From positions 242,415 to 306,414 of the forward strand of contig QPMI01000127.1 in assembly GCA_004431415.1 (NCBI GenBank): a DNA stretch of 64,000 bases, written 5' to 3'. Shown piece after piece: positions 28,418 through 37,778 of this stretch. Under the pieces are notes generated by a model. That model saw nothing but the letters and a program-made list of their open reading frames with translations, was not told the DNA's origin and searched no databases. This stretch comes from Cyanophora paradoxa CCMP329 (taxonomy: Eukaryota > Plantae > Glaucophyta). The translations under genes were made by a program, and so were the position numbers. Each line of letters opens with the position of its first letter. Positions within the stretch are counted from its first letter, which is position 1.

Positions 28418-29787
28418 TCAACCCCGGCGCCTTCGCGGGCGAGAGCGGGTTCTTGCGCGGCGGCGGAAGTGCGGGGTCCGCGGGCGAGAGCGGGCCCTGG
28501 CGCGGCGGCGGAAGCGCGGGGCCTCGAAGGGGGCGGGCGGGGCAGGGAGGGCAGGGGGCGGCGGGCGAGGGCGCATGAGGGGGCGCAGGAAAGAATCGTC
28601 GAACTGTTTCAGCGCTTGGTTCGCTTCAGGGCCCACCGTGGCGTGGTGGGCTCGCAGCGAGTGCATGATCATACGGTAAGCACTCTCCAGGTTGTACGAT
28701 CTGCGATGTAGGACCGTTTTCGACGCCAAGCGCTGTGCGAAATCGGCGTGACGGTTGATCCATAAACTTTTCTCGTGGAATGGGATTGTCTCGTAAACGA
28801 TGGCAGCAGCCAGAACGGAGCGGGTGACAAGCTCGTCGGGGGAGAACCCGGCTCTTTTGAGGCTCTCCGCGGCCCTCTCAGGGTCGCCCAATTCGGCAAG
28901 GTAGAAGCAGAACAAAACTGAGAGGGGCAGACAGAGTTTTTTAAGGAGATCGTACCTTGACAGTGTGTCGGTCAGGCCATCTTCTGTGTAAAATTGCTCC
29001 GCAAGGTGCACTAGGCGGGGGTTCGAAGTGGTAGTCGGCCACTGGAGCTGTGGGCAGATATCGCGATTCGTCACGAGCTCGAATGCGGGGAATGCCGATC
29101 GCAACACTCCTCGCCATTTCTCCCCGCAGTCCGGGTCAAATACATACATGCGGTACGCCTTGGGGTCCACCACCAAAACGATCAGGTGGCCTGACTTCGA
29201 AAGAGCCACCTCGGCCCGCCTCCCCCCCCCGCCCCCTCCCAGCGATGGCGGTGATCAGGATCCCCGGCGACTGCGTCGAGGTCGATGTCATCTGGATCCC
29301 CCTTATCGGTGAAAAGCTCCTCCCAATCGCTCCACATCCGTTTGGTTTGATAGATAAGGTCAAAGTCTCGGGATTCCTCGACGGCCGGGTGGACCGCAAC
29401 CCCCCCCTTTGCATGATGTATGTAGTATGCAAGCTTGACACCGTTCCGGCGCGCATACGCAAGATCTGCATCGGGCGTGAAGCGCATCATGGCGAACTCG
29501 GTGCGAGGAATGGGCCGATACCCCACTTTGTCCGCGAATGAGTCACGAAAGAGGCTGCCATCGAGCAACATGAGCCCCCCTCTGAACACGACGCCCGATT
29601 TGGCATCCGCTGCCGTCTCATTCAGCGTGGGAATTGTTGCCCAGTAGGGTACCGTCTCGCACAGTTCGATGGCGAACCCCCACCCAGCATGCGTGGCGCT
29701 GAAGATCGTCCCGGTCGCAAGCTCCGTCCAGACCCCTCCTCGGTCCAGGTCCCGAAGCAGACCCCTGGGCAGTATTGTGTCAATCAT
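28418..29787 (-). CDS. Second clan-CE-like cysteine protease with Arg tail, frameshift in C run ~29225
   Basis: SGHLIVLVVD..MYVFDPDCG..Q..LCLPLSVLF parallels 4473-6593; ends APRFRRRARARSRPRTPHFRRRARTRSRPRRRRG. Confidence 0.62.
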
Positions 29788-29893
29788 CCTGCAGTGTCCT
29801 CAGAGTAGCTAAACAAAAACTTCGGCGGCGTCGGTTGGGGTCAAGGCCACGCAAGGTCACGGCGCTAGACGGTCATGTAGGGCCGCGGCGTGA

Positions 29894-30784
29894 TCACGGA
29901 GGGGCCGCGGGACCGGCCGGACCGCCGGCGCGACCGGCGCGACCGGCGCGTCCCCCGGGCCCGCGGCGCCCCGAGCGCCGGCCCCAGCGGCGGTTGCGGG
30001 CCCACGCCGGCTCGGTGTTCATCATCGACAGCGCCTGCTGCACGATCGCGGAGCTGATGCGCTTGCCCTCGGTCTCCTCGCGTCGGGCATCCCGGACCGT
30101 TTCCATGGCGCGGAGGAAGCCGGGCGACTCGAGCAGCCGGTGGAGGTCCTCGGGCATGAGCTTATTCGAGCCCACGAGCTGGTTCACGGACCTCCAGAAC
30201 TGCGGCGAGCCCATGATCTGGCCCACCGCGTCGCCGACCGCGGCCGCGCCCGCCACCGCCGCCTGACCCCCCCCTCCCAGGCCCAGGAGCATCGTCATGG
30301 CGCCGGCCAGCGTGCCCAGGGTCCCGGGGACCGGCATCTTCGGCGCGTTGGGGGGCAGGACCGCCCCGGGGTTCTGCACGCGGAACATGTAGTCGAGTAT
30401 CCCCACCTCCTCCGGGGTGGCGCCCGCCTCCTTGAGCTCGATCTTGTGCTTCCGCACCCCTTCGAGCATCTTCAGGCGGTCCTCCACCGACGTCGCCGCC
30501 GGAAGCTTCATGAGATCCTGGAGCTCCGCCGCGCCCTGGGCACCCGCCGCCCCGGTGCCCATCCGCTTCTCCACGAGCTTCATGAACCCGTCGATCGTCT
30601 CGTACTGGTCGTACACGCGCCCGCCGCCGCCGTACCGGTAGCGGTACCGCGGCGGGGTGAGCGCCCTGCGGTTCTCGATGTACCTCATCAGCGTCTCCTC
30701 GGCGGCCTTCTTGCTGTACTGCGTGTTCGCCTGCTCCACCTTCTTCGCCAGCAGGGCGATCCTGGCGGGGTCGAGGACAGGCAT
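29894..30784 (-). CDS. Hypothetical helical protein; likely frameshift ~29955 hides an RRSRRSRRRS tail
   Basis: ~296-aa ORF with strong GC3; alternate frame after the G run reads RRSRRSRRRSGRSRGPSVITPRPYMTV. Confidence 0.7.
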   Translation of the reverse strand: MPVLDPARIALLAKKVEQANTQYSKKAAEETLMRYIENRRALTPPRYRYRYGGGGRVYDQYETIDGFMKLVEKRMGTGAAGAQGAAELQDLMKLPAATSVEDRLKMLEGVRKHKIELKEAGATPEEVGILDYMFRVQNPGAVLPPNAPKMPVPGTLGTLAGAMTMLLGLGGGGQAAVAGAAAVGDAVGQIMGSPQFWRSVNQLVGSNKLMPEDLHRLLESPGFLRAMETVRDARREETEGKRISSAIVQQALSMMNTEPAWARNRRWGRRSGRRGPGGRAGRAGRAGGPAGPAAPP

Positions 30785-30838
30785 CGCTCCCCGCGTCTTA
30801 CTGGGTTGCATCTATTTTTTGGCCCATTCACAGGAACC

Positions 30839-31174
30839 ATGGACTCCGCGCGCGGCCTCCTGGTTCTCGCCGCCCTCGCCGTCGCGGCGGCCTGGGTGGC
30901 GTCGCGCACCCCACCCCCCGCCGAACCGACCGCGCGACCCGTTGCCGCCGTCGCCAACCCGAGCGAACCGGCCCCCGCCCCCGAGGACGTGGCGACCTCG
31001 CCGGCGTTCGTGGCCTTGGACACCGTCGCGAGCCTCGCATCGGGCTCGGACGGCTCGAGCGCGCCGGCGTTTCGGATCGTGGCGTCCGAGGCCTTGAAGC
31101 CGGCGCGCATCCCCTGCAGCGTCCTGGGCCCCACGGCCCACTGCCCGTTCTCGCGCGACCCCTTCGCGCCGTGA
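30839..31174 (+). CDS. Small membrane-anchored protein
   Basis: MDSARGLLVLAALAVAAAWV anchor, 111 aa. Confidence 0.62.
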   Translation: MDSARGLLVLAALAVAAAWVASRTPPPAEPTARPVAAVANPSEPAPAPEDVATSPAFVALDTVASLASGSDGSSAPAFRIVASEALKPARIPCSVLGPTAHCPFSRDPFAP

Positions 31175-31223
31175 CGCGGATTCGCGCGCCGCACTATTTT
31201 CCCCGCGCACCGGTAAAGCAGCA

Positions 31224-31634
31224 ATGCCCGAGGCCGGCGTTCAGACCGAACCCACCCCGTGGACGGTGTTCGGCGAGCTGCCGCGAAGGTGGCCCCGGCG
31301 GACCCGCAGCCCCGAGCCGACCCTCCTCAGCACCGACGAGTTCCGGCGCCTGCACCCGACGCTACGGGGGTTCTACGTCGGCGAGGACGGCTACATCGCC
31401 AGCGTCTACTCGAGCTCCTCCTCCGCGTACGCCAACCAGGAGACCGAGGAGGCGCTCAAGTACGCCAAGTACAGGGACGACGGCGCCGCCGAGCACGTCG
31501 CCATGCGCAGGAACATCGCGGACGGCCGCGCCCTCCGCGTCTTCCGCCGACTCGCGAGCGGCGTGGTGCTCGACCTGGGGCAGTGGCTCCCCACCGCCGA
31601 GGAGCCCGATGCGTTCGTGTTCGCGCCCGCGTGA
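31224..31634 (+). CDS. Putative SRA/YDG-like (modified-base reader) domain protein
   Basis: RGFY..IASVYSSSSSAYANQETEEALKY..AMRRNIADGRALRVFRR..LDLGQW follows the SRA motif order; weak identity. Confidence 0.5.
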   Translation: MPEAGVQTEPTPWTVFGELPRRWPRRTRSPEPTLLSTDEFRRLHPTLRGFYVGEDGYIASVYSSSSSAYANQETEEALKYAKYRDDGAAEHVAMRRNIADGRALRVFRRLASGVVLDLGQWLPTAEEPDAFVFAPA

Positions 31635-31660
31635 GAAAATATCAGGGAAGCTGGGTAAAG

Positions 31661-32524
31661 ATGGAACCGCTCCCGCGCACACTAAAACCCCCGTCGCAAT
31701 GGCTGGACGGGGAGCATGTGTACGGGGAGGGGCGCAGATTTGCTAAACAGATTCTGGATTCTCGGATGCGTCACGGCATCAGACTCCCACCCCTGGCATG
31801 GCGATTCTTCGCAGAGGGCCCGGAGTCAAAGTCGATCATAACAATCAGCATACAGCATCCTCGGGCCCCCGGCGGCGTTCGAGAGTTGGACTACACATTT
31901 CAACTCAAGGAATTCGGGGACGATCAGATCGTGGCACAAATGATGCCCCCTGCCGGAACCCGGAAAGACACGGATCTCATATCGCTGCTGGGGGGCGCCG
32001 CCCCGCGGGTGTGCCTGCAACTGAAACTCATCCCAATCAACGACGTGTTGGTTCTCATGTTCGCCGATTTGAGGACCGACGCCTTCTTTTATCCAGGCAC
32101 CCGTGCCCTACTTGATGTCATTGCGTACATTGCATACGATGCAGCCGCGAGGTACGCCCTTTTGAAATGGCCCGGCCGGGTCGGCCCCAACACCGGGGTG
32201 ATGCTGAGCCCAAGTTTCGACTCCCCCAAAGCAACCGGGCTCAGCTTCGTGCACGAATACATGATCCTGCAGAATTCGCTTGCACGTCAGCCAACTCAAT
32301 TTGTGGACCTGCGCCCCGTTGCCCCGGCGCCCCCCGATCCCGCTGCGGGATCGCAACCCGGGACGCCCATGCCCCCGCCGGATTCGGAATGGATGGATGA
32401 CGCCCCTGCCCCCAACGCATCCAGCCGCCGTTACAGCCGGCGCCGCTCCCGGGCCCGCCGCCCCCGTACACGCTCCCGGGCCCGCCGCCGATCACAGCGC
32501 CTTCGCCGCCTTCGTCGCCGCTGA
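31661..32524 (+). CDS. Hypothetical protein with Arg/Ser tail
   Basis: ATG 31661, 287 aa, ends SRRYSRRRSRARRPRTRSRARRRSQRLRRLRRR. Confidence 0.75.
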   Translation: MEPLPRTLKPPSQWLDGEHVYGEGRRFAKQILDSRMRHGIRLPPLAWRFFAEGPESKSIITISIQHPRAPGGVRELDYTFQLKEFGDDQIVAQMMPPAGTRKDTDLISLLGGAAPRVCLQLKLIPINDVLVLMFADLRTDAFFYPGTRALLDVIAYIAYDAAARYALLKWPGRVGPNTGVMLSPSFDSPKATGLSFVHEYMILQNSLARQPTQFVDLRPVAPAPPDPAAGSQPGTPMPPPDSEWMDDAPAPNASSRRYSRRRSRARRPRTRSRARRRSQRLRRLRRR

Positions 32525-33670
32525 GGCTGCGGCGCCGTCCACCTTCTTCATATCGTCGGTTTTCTTTGCGGCAGGTTTCTTCTCGACATAGGGCGGCTCG
32601 GGCACTTCGACGATGATCGAGGCGCTCACGGGACCCTCGATGAAGACCGGCACCTCCTCCAGCTTGGGGTCCCCCTTTTTCTCCTCCGCCGTCGGCTCCC
32701 TGAAGTACACGCGGAGCGCGGAGACCGAGAAAGAGTTCCGCCCCGGCACGTCCTGGAACCCGCTGACGGGCGCGGGCCCCGTCCACTGGTACATCCCCTC
32801 GATGGACCCGCCCTCCCCAGGCTCCACGAGTCGCGGCGTCCCGTCCTTGGCGACGTCGGGGAGCCCGTTGATGTAGACCCTGAACGCCTGGGTCAGCGAC
32901 GGCGTGCCGTCCGATGCCGGTTCGCTCCAGGTGAGCCGCACGGTCGGGGCGACGAAGTCCTCCGCCTTCTTCGACCGGGAGCCCCGCGAGACGACCTCGC
33001 CGCGCAGCCCCGTGGGGGGGTTCGGTGGCAGCCCCCACACCTCGCCGGCGACCGCGACGCGTGACCCCGCGCCCCGGCTCGCCCGCGACGCGACCTGGAG
33101 CGTCGACGTGTCCTTCGTGACCTGCTCCACCATGGCCTTCGTGAGCGCGAGGCGCCTCTCCGTGTCCGCCTGCATCTGCAGCGTCTCCCGCCACCTCTCC
33201 TGCGCCCAGTCCAGGGCGTACTGCGCCGACTCGGCGTACGCCTCGCTGTACAGCACCCCCTCGCGGGCGCGCTGGACGTTCTTCTGTCTCACTTCTTCGC
33301 GTGTGATCATCGCGGTGTCCTTCAGCACCTGCCAGCGCCACGCCCGCATCCGGTTCAGTTCCGTCGTCAGGGCGTCCCAGTTCACGGGCGGCAGCGCTGC
33401 CACCTCCGCCTGCCGCGCCACCAGCGCCTGCCTGGGCGAGGGCGCCACCCGCGCCGCGACGAGGCCGCGTTCGAACGCTTCGAGCTCCTCCTCCACGTCG
33501 ATCGGCTCGCCCCCCGCCGACGCCGCCCTCGTGGCGGCCGTCGGGCGGGGGCCTGGCGCGAGCTCGGATCCCTCCGGTGCTGCTCGGGTCGCCGACTTCA
33601 CCGCCACGTAGATGGCCGCGGCCGCGCCCGCCGCGACGGCAAGCGCGATCGCCGCCTTCCGGCCGTCCAT
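32492..33670 (-). CDS. Membrane-anchored coiled-coil protein with C-terminal fibronectin-III-like domain
   Basis: ATG 33670; N-terminal TM; PPNPPTGL..VRLTWSEPASDG..FRVYING..FSVSAL..EGPVS. Confidence 0.72.
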   Translation of the reverse strand: MDGRKAAIALAVAAGAAAAIYVAVKSATRAAPEGSELAPGPRPTAATRAASAGGEPIDVEEELEAFERGLVAARVAPSPRQALVARQAEVAALPPVNWDALTTELNRMRAWRWQVLKDTAMITREEVRQKNVQRAREGVLYSEAYAESAQYALDWAQERWRETLQMQADTERRLALTKAMVEQVTKDTSTLQVASRASRGAGSRVAVAGEVWGLPPNPPTGLRGEVVSRGSRSKKAEDFVAPTVRLTWSEPASDGTPSLTQAFRVYINGLPDVAKDGTPRLVEPGEGGSIEGMYQWTGPAPVSGFQDVPGRNSFSVSALRVYFREPTAEEKKGDPKLEEVPVFIEGPVSASIIVEVPEPPYVEKKPAAKKTDDMKKVDGAAASAATKAAKAL

Positions 33671-33699
33671 GGGGTGGCCTACTGGGAAACAGAGAAAAA

Positions 33700-34671
33700 T
33701 CACCCCCTGAATTCCCAGAAGCCGGGCGGCAGGTGGGGCCGGGAGAGCTCCTCGAGGGCATCCAAGATGTCGTCCTCCAAGAATCGCAAGGCCCCTCTTT
33801 TCTGAAGATCGAGCATCACTCGCTCCAGGTTGTCCTGCCAGTCGCTGTAGAGCCGAGCGAGCGACCCCGCACCCGGCTGCCGTGGCGCCGGCATCGCCCA
33901 GAAGTGTTCGTCCGGGTACCCGTACCGACTCGCCAGCGAATCGCCCTCCTCGCTGAACACGTTGCCAAGCCCAGCCATCAGCCCTGCCTTCATCGCCTGG
34001 GCGATGTCGCCCGGCGTCGTGGTGTCGACAACCGGGCCCTCCGGTCTGATGAGAACGAAAAGCACACCCGGCTTGAGCGGACACCGCCCCTCCGAGCGAG
34101 AGATTGACCGGAAGAATGCGTACCGGATCAATCTATCCTTGAGGTCGAATACGCTACCGGGCCCGTCGGAGAACTGCTGCTGAATGGACAGAACCAGGTG
34201 AAAATTCGTGCATATTGAGTTCTTCAAAAGGCTCTCGCCCTCCACCATCTCGGCCATGGTATGGTAGTGTTTGTGCGTGTAACGCGGACCCTGCTGTCGC
34301 ATAAAGTCAACGAGCATGTCTGGCCAGAAGCGGTCGACAGTGACGAGGCGTATCCAGGGTATGAACGCCTTCAGCCTATGCACCAAGTAGGCCTCCACAA
34401 ACCCCTTCCCCGTGCTGAGGGAGAGAATGCGAAACGGTTCAAGGTGACCGGGCCGACCGAGGGTCTCGACGATGCGACTCGGGATAGCCTTGATGGCTTG
34501 GGTCGCCATCCACTCCAGCCGCTCCGCCAGGCACCTCTCCCCCGGCGGACTGCAGTGATCTGTCATGTGGGTGAACCCGTCTCTCAGCCATTTAGTCTGA
34601 ACCGGCCCCTGGACCCAGTCGAGCGCGAGGGCCGGCGAGGGCGTGAGCGAAGTCAGGCGGTTCATTCTCAT
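33700..34671 (-). CDS. Putative class-I SAM methyltransferase-like protein
   Basis: RILSLSTGKGFVE (motif-I-like) followed by LVTVD; 323 aa. Confidence 0.5.
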   Translation of the reverse strand: MRMNRLTSLTPSPALALDWVQGPVQTKWLRDGFTHMTDHCSPPGERCLAERLEWMATQAIKAIPSRIVETLGRPGHLEPFRILSLSTGKGFVEAYLVHRLKAFIPWIRLVTVDRFWPDMLVDFMRQQGPRYTHKHYHTMAEMVEGESLLKNSICTNFHLVLSIQQQFSDGPGSVFDLKDRLIRYAFFRSISRSEGRCPLKPGVLFVLIRPEGPVVDTTTPGDIAQAMKAGLMAGLGNVFSEEGDSLASRYGYPDEHFWAMPAPRQPGAGSLARLYSDWQDNLERVMLDLQKRGALRFLEDDILDALEELSRPHLPPGFWEFRG

Positions 34672-34714
34672 CTACATTGAGAACATTTCTGCGAACCTAT
34701 AAGACTCTAGACTC

Positions 34715-34912
34715 GAACATGAAGCCCAATGAATCATCACAGGCTACCGAGGATGCAACTTTCAAAGCCTACGTACTCTAACATGAAGCCCGATCAATCA
34801 TTTCAGGCTTCCAATGCAACTTTCAAAACCTACAGACTCTAAAAAAATCTCGAACATGAAGCCCAGTGCGAAATCATCATGGGCTACCGAGGTTGAAACT
34901 TTCAAAACCTAG
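34715..34912. repeat. Three degenerate tandem ~65-72-bp AT-rich repeats
   Basis: AACATGAAGCCC-N13-16-(A/G)GGCT...AACTTTCAAA(A/G)CCTA at ~34716, 34780, 34853. Confidence 0.85.
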
Positions 34913-34998
34913 CCTGCGTAGAAAACTGTAACAAACGTCATCCGCTGCTGCCGCCCTATGCATACATCATGGGCAGCCAGAAGGCTGCAGCAAAAATC

Positions 34999-37778
34999 TC
35001 ACTCGTCGCTCCACTCGCTGCCCGTGTCGTCGGTGCCGGCGACCGACGAGTCGGTGGGCGACGGTGCCCGGGCGCGGAGGGTGCGCTGGGCCTCCTCGGC
35101 AGCGCGCTTGCGCTTCTTCTCCTTTCCCCGGAGATTGCACTTGTCCCTTGTCTCCCGCTCCTTCTCAAAGTCTATATTCGTGTCGATCAGGGAGAGCTTC
35201 TTGGCCTCCCGGAGCACGGCTCCGAGCGCGGTCTTGGCCGTCTTCTTGAATGTCTCGCCCTTGGCCATCTCGCGGAACTCCGCGTCGCAGTCGAGGACCA
35301 CGGGGGTGACTCCGTTGTAGACATTGAAGGCCTCGTAGATCGACCACGCCATGTGGGAGAGCGGCTTTCCGCGGTACCGTGCCAGCGCGGGCTCGAACAT
35401 CTTCGGCAGGAGAACGTCGACGGGCTGCCGCCCCTTGTCGTCGGGGTGCGGCGGCATGCGGTAGTCGACCACGTCGCGCGAGCCGAGGAACCGCTTGTCG
35501 GCGTACTTGGCGATCTGGCCCTTGATCGCGCGATCCGCCCCTTTGATGAAGAGCGCCATTCGCATGGGGTCGCTCATGTGGCGGTGGCGGGCCTGGATGC
35601 TCGCCACGCAGGCCAGCCACAGGCGATAGGACTTGTTCTTATCGACAGACGGGAGGGCCCTGCCGGGGTCCGGGGGGGCGCCGTCGTCCTTGCCGTCCTC
35701 GCCGCCTCCCCCGTGGACGTAGCCGATGCTGTCGCCGAGCGCGGCCATGAACTCGCGGGGCTCGGTCGCCGTGCCGTGATCCCCGCACGTGAGAATCCAT
35801 GCGCCGAGGCGTGTTTTCTGCTTCGGAGAGTGCTTCTCCATCACGAAGGAAACGACCCCGTTGATATCCTTGAAGTTCTTCACCACCAGCAACTCCTCGT
35901 CGCGCTCGATTGACACGGCCGTCCAGAAGAAGTCCAGCACGCCGTGCGCGGTGACAGACGGATCACAGCGGAGAATGAAGAGGCGAGGACCGCCGTGGTG
36001 GCTGAGGGCCGTCTCGATGGCGAGCACGACCCCCTGTCGCCGCCCGGGCTGCTCGGCCAGCCGCCGGGCGCAGTGCCCGGTCCTTTCCACGGCTGCGAAG
36101 ATTCTGTCGTAGAGGTTGTCGCCGACCTTGGCGTTCGCCTCTGCACGGAAGATCTCGACCGCCGTCGCACCGGCCGCCTTCGCGACCCTGTTGAGGGTGC
36201 CGGGGTTGACGCCGTTCGTCGCCTCCGAGCCGAGGTTGCGACGGCCCGACGTGCCACTGGCGTAGCGGGGGACGCGATCCCTGGCCGCCTCCATGACCTT
36301 CCCCGGCGACTCGACGACGTTAACGTTGTCGTTCAGCACCGAACTCAGGACCTGGCCGCGCGGTCGGCTTCGAGGGCGGGCACGGGCCGGCGGACACAAG
36401 CGCGCACCGAGAAGAACAGGGCGAGACGAAAATGCTTCGCACTCAAACTGCCCCTTGGGGCGTCGATGGTGGCGGACTGAACGGCGGGGGGAGGGGAGAG
36501 CGGCGTGTAGCGAGGGATGGTCCGAATCTCGGCCGCCCAGATATCCCAGGGGCTGTCGGCGCTGGGGGGGGTGCCGTCGAGGTAAAGGAGGCCGGTCTCG
36601 CGCTTCGCGCCCGCAACGGCACGGGCGAACTGCAGGAGCGCAACGTCGACGTTCGGGACGTCCAGGCCTTTTCCGCCTGCGAGCACAGCGTCACCGGCGG
36701 ACACGGGCGATGGCGGGCGGCACGGGACACCTTGCGTGCACCGCATTACGGCGGCCATAACGTGACAGCATATGTTGACGACGTGCATATGCGCACTGCG
36801 CGCCACCGCCGGATTCCGCTCCAGTCCGTGCCCGATCGCCTCCGCGACGACGGGCCAGACTGCCTCGGCGAAGACCTTCGCGTATCTCGCCGGCTCGATG
36901 AAATCCTCCCCCGCCGCGGGCCGGATGGCCGGAACCGCGATTTGGACGGACCCGGTGCTGGAAATGCGCGACGGGCGTCAGGCGGGGCGGGCGGGGCGCG
37001 CGGGCGGGGCGCACCCGCGGGGGAACGTTAGCGTGGCGGCGATCCTGTCCTGCTCGACCACGACGGACATGCAGCCGACATCGCCACAGACGCGCTTGTG
37101 TGCGGCGCAGTGCTTGGCGGCATTGCCGATGTATGTATCGAAAACGTCGTCCGCCAAAAGGCGCCCGTATTGGCATGCGTCGGGGGCGGCGTATAAATCC
37201 TTGAGGTCCGTTTCTGCGAGGAACACCTCCTGGAAAAAGCGGGGCTGCATGCAAAACGGCGGCGTCAGCTCGGTGGCGCACATGCGCGAGATTATCTACT
37301 TCCCCGAGTGCTGCGCGCTCACATCGTGCCCCGTGTGCGGCGACACGCGCGCGACGGCGCTGCCCCGCGTGCTAGAGATGGCTATGGCGCCGGAGTTCCG
37401 GCAGTGGCTCCGCCGGTACGCGCACGATAACGGGCTGGCGGCGGCACGCGGGCGCGCGGGCGCTATGATCCGCGACCAAGTCCTAAGCGAGGGCGGGCCC
37501 GAACCCGGAGCGCACCTCGATCATTGAAGCCGCCGGCGAGAACGGCTCCTGGATGGGCGTCGCCGGCCGAGGCACGCGCGCCGGTGCGGGCCGCATGGGA
37601 GGCAGGAAAGCGGGCGGGCCGTGCTGCAGCAGCCGCGGCTCGCGGCTGAAGTCCTGCCACATCGGGCTCGCGCGCGCGGGCCAGCCCTGCGCGCGCGGGC
37701 GTGGGTTTCGGCGCGCGCGGCGCGCGCGGCGATCGGCGCGCGCGTGCGCATGCGCACCAGCTGGTTCGTCGCCATCAT
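34999..37778 (-). CDS. Multi-exon gene of unknown function; last exon (~36351-34999) has a possible histone-H4-like segment; 5' end uncertain
   Basis: GC-rich GT..AG introns (e.g. ~37013-36958), long terminal ORF; GVNPGTLNRVAKAAG..IFAAVERTGHCARR. Confidence 0.5.

Larger units (their letters stand above)
1..34912. mobile_element. Endogenous giant-virus (Nucleocytoviricota-like) element, left end outside window; right boundary uncertain (34.9 kb, possibly up to 46.6 kb)
   Basis: Densely packed, nearly intronless ORFs including NCLDV-type MCP, AEP primase, fibre, CE-clan proteases, SET and tRNA; contiguous with intron-rich eukaryotic genes further right. Confidence 0.85.

Noticed and set aside
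26958-28679. 573-aa ORF as the real MCP product
   Set aside because: Start is upstream of the conserved N-terminus and the C-terminal third is out of frame after ~27950
34715-34912. CRISPR array or box C/D snoRNA cluster
   Set aside because: Variable parts are mutually similar; RTGATGA occurs on the minus strand but no properly placed CTGA box D was found
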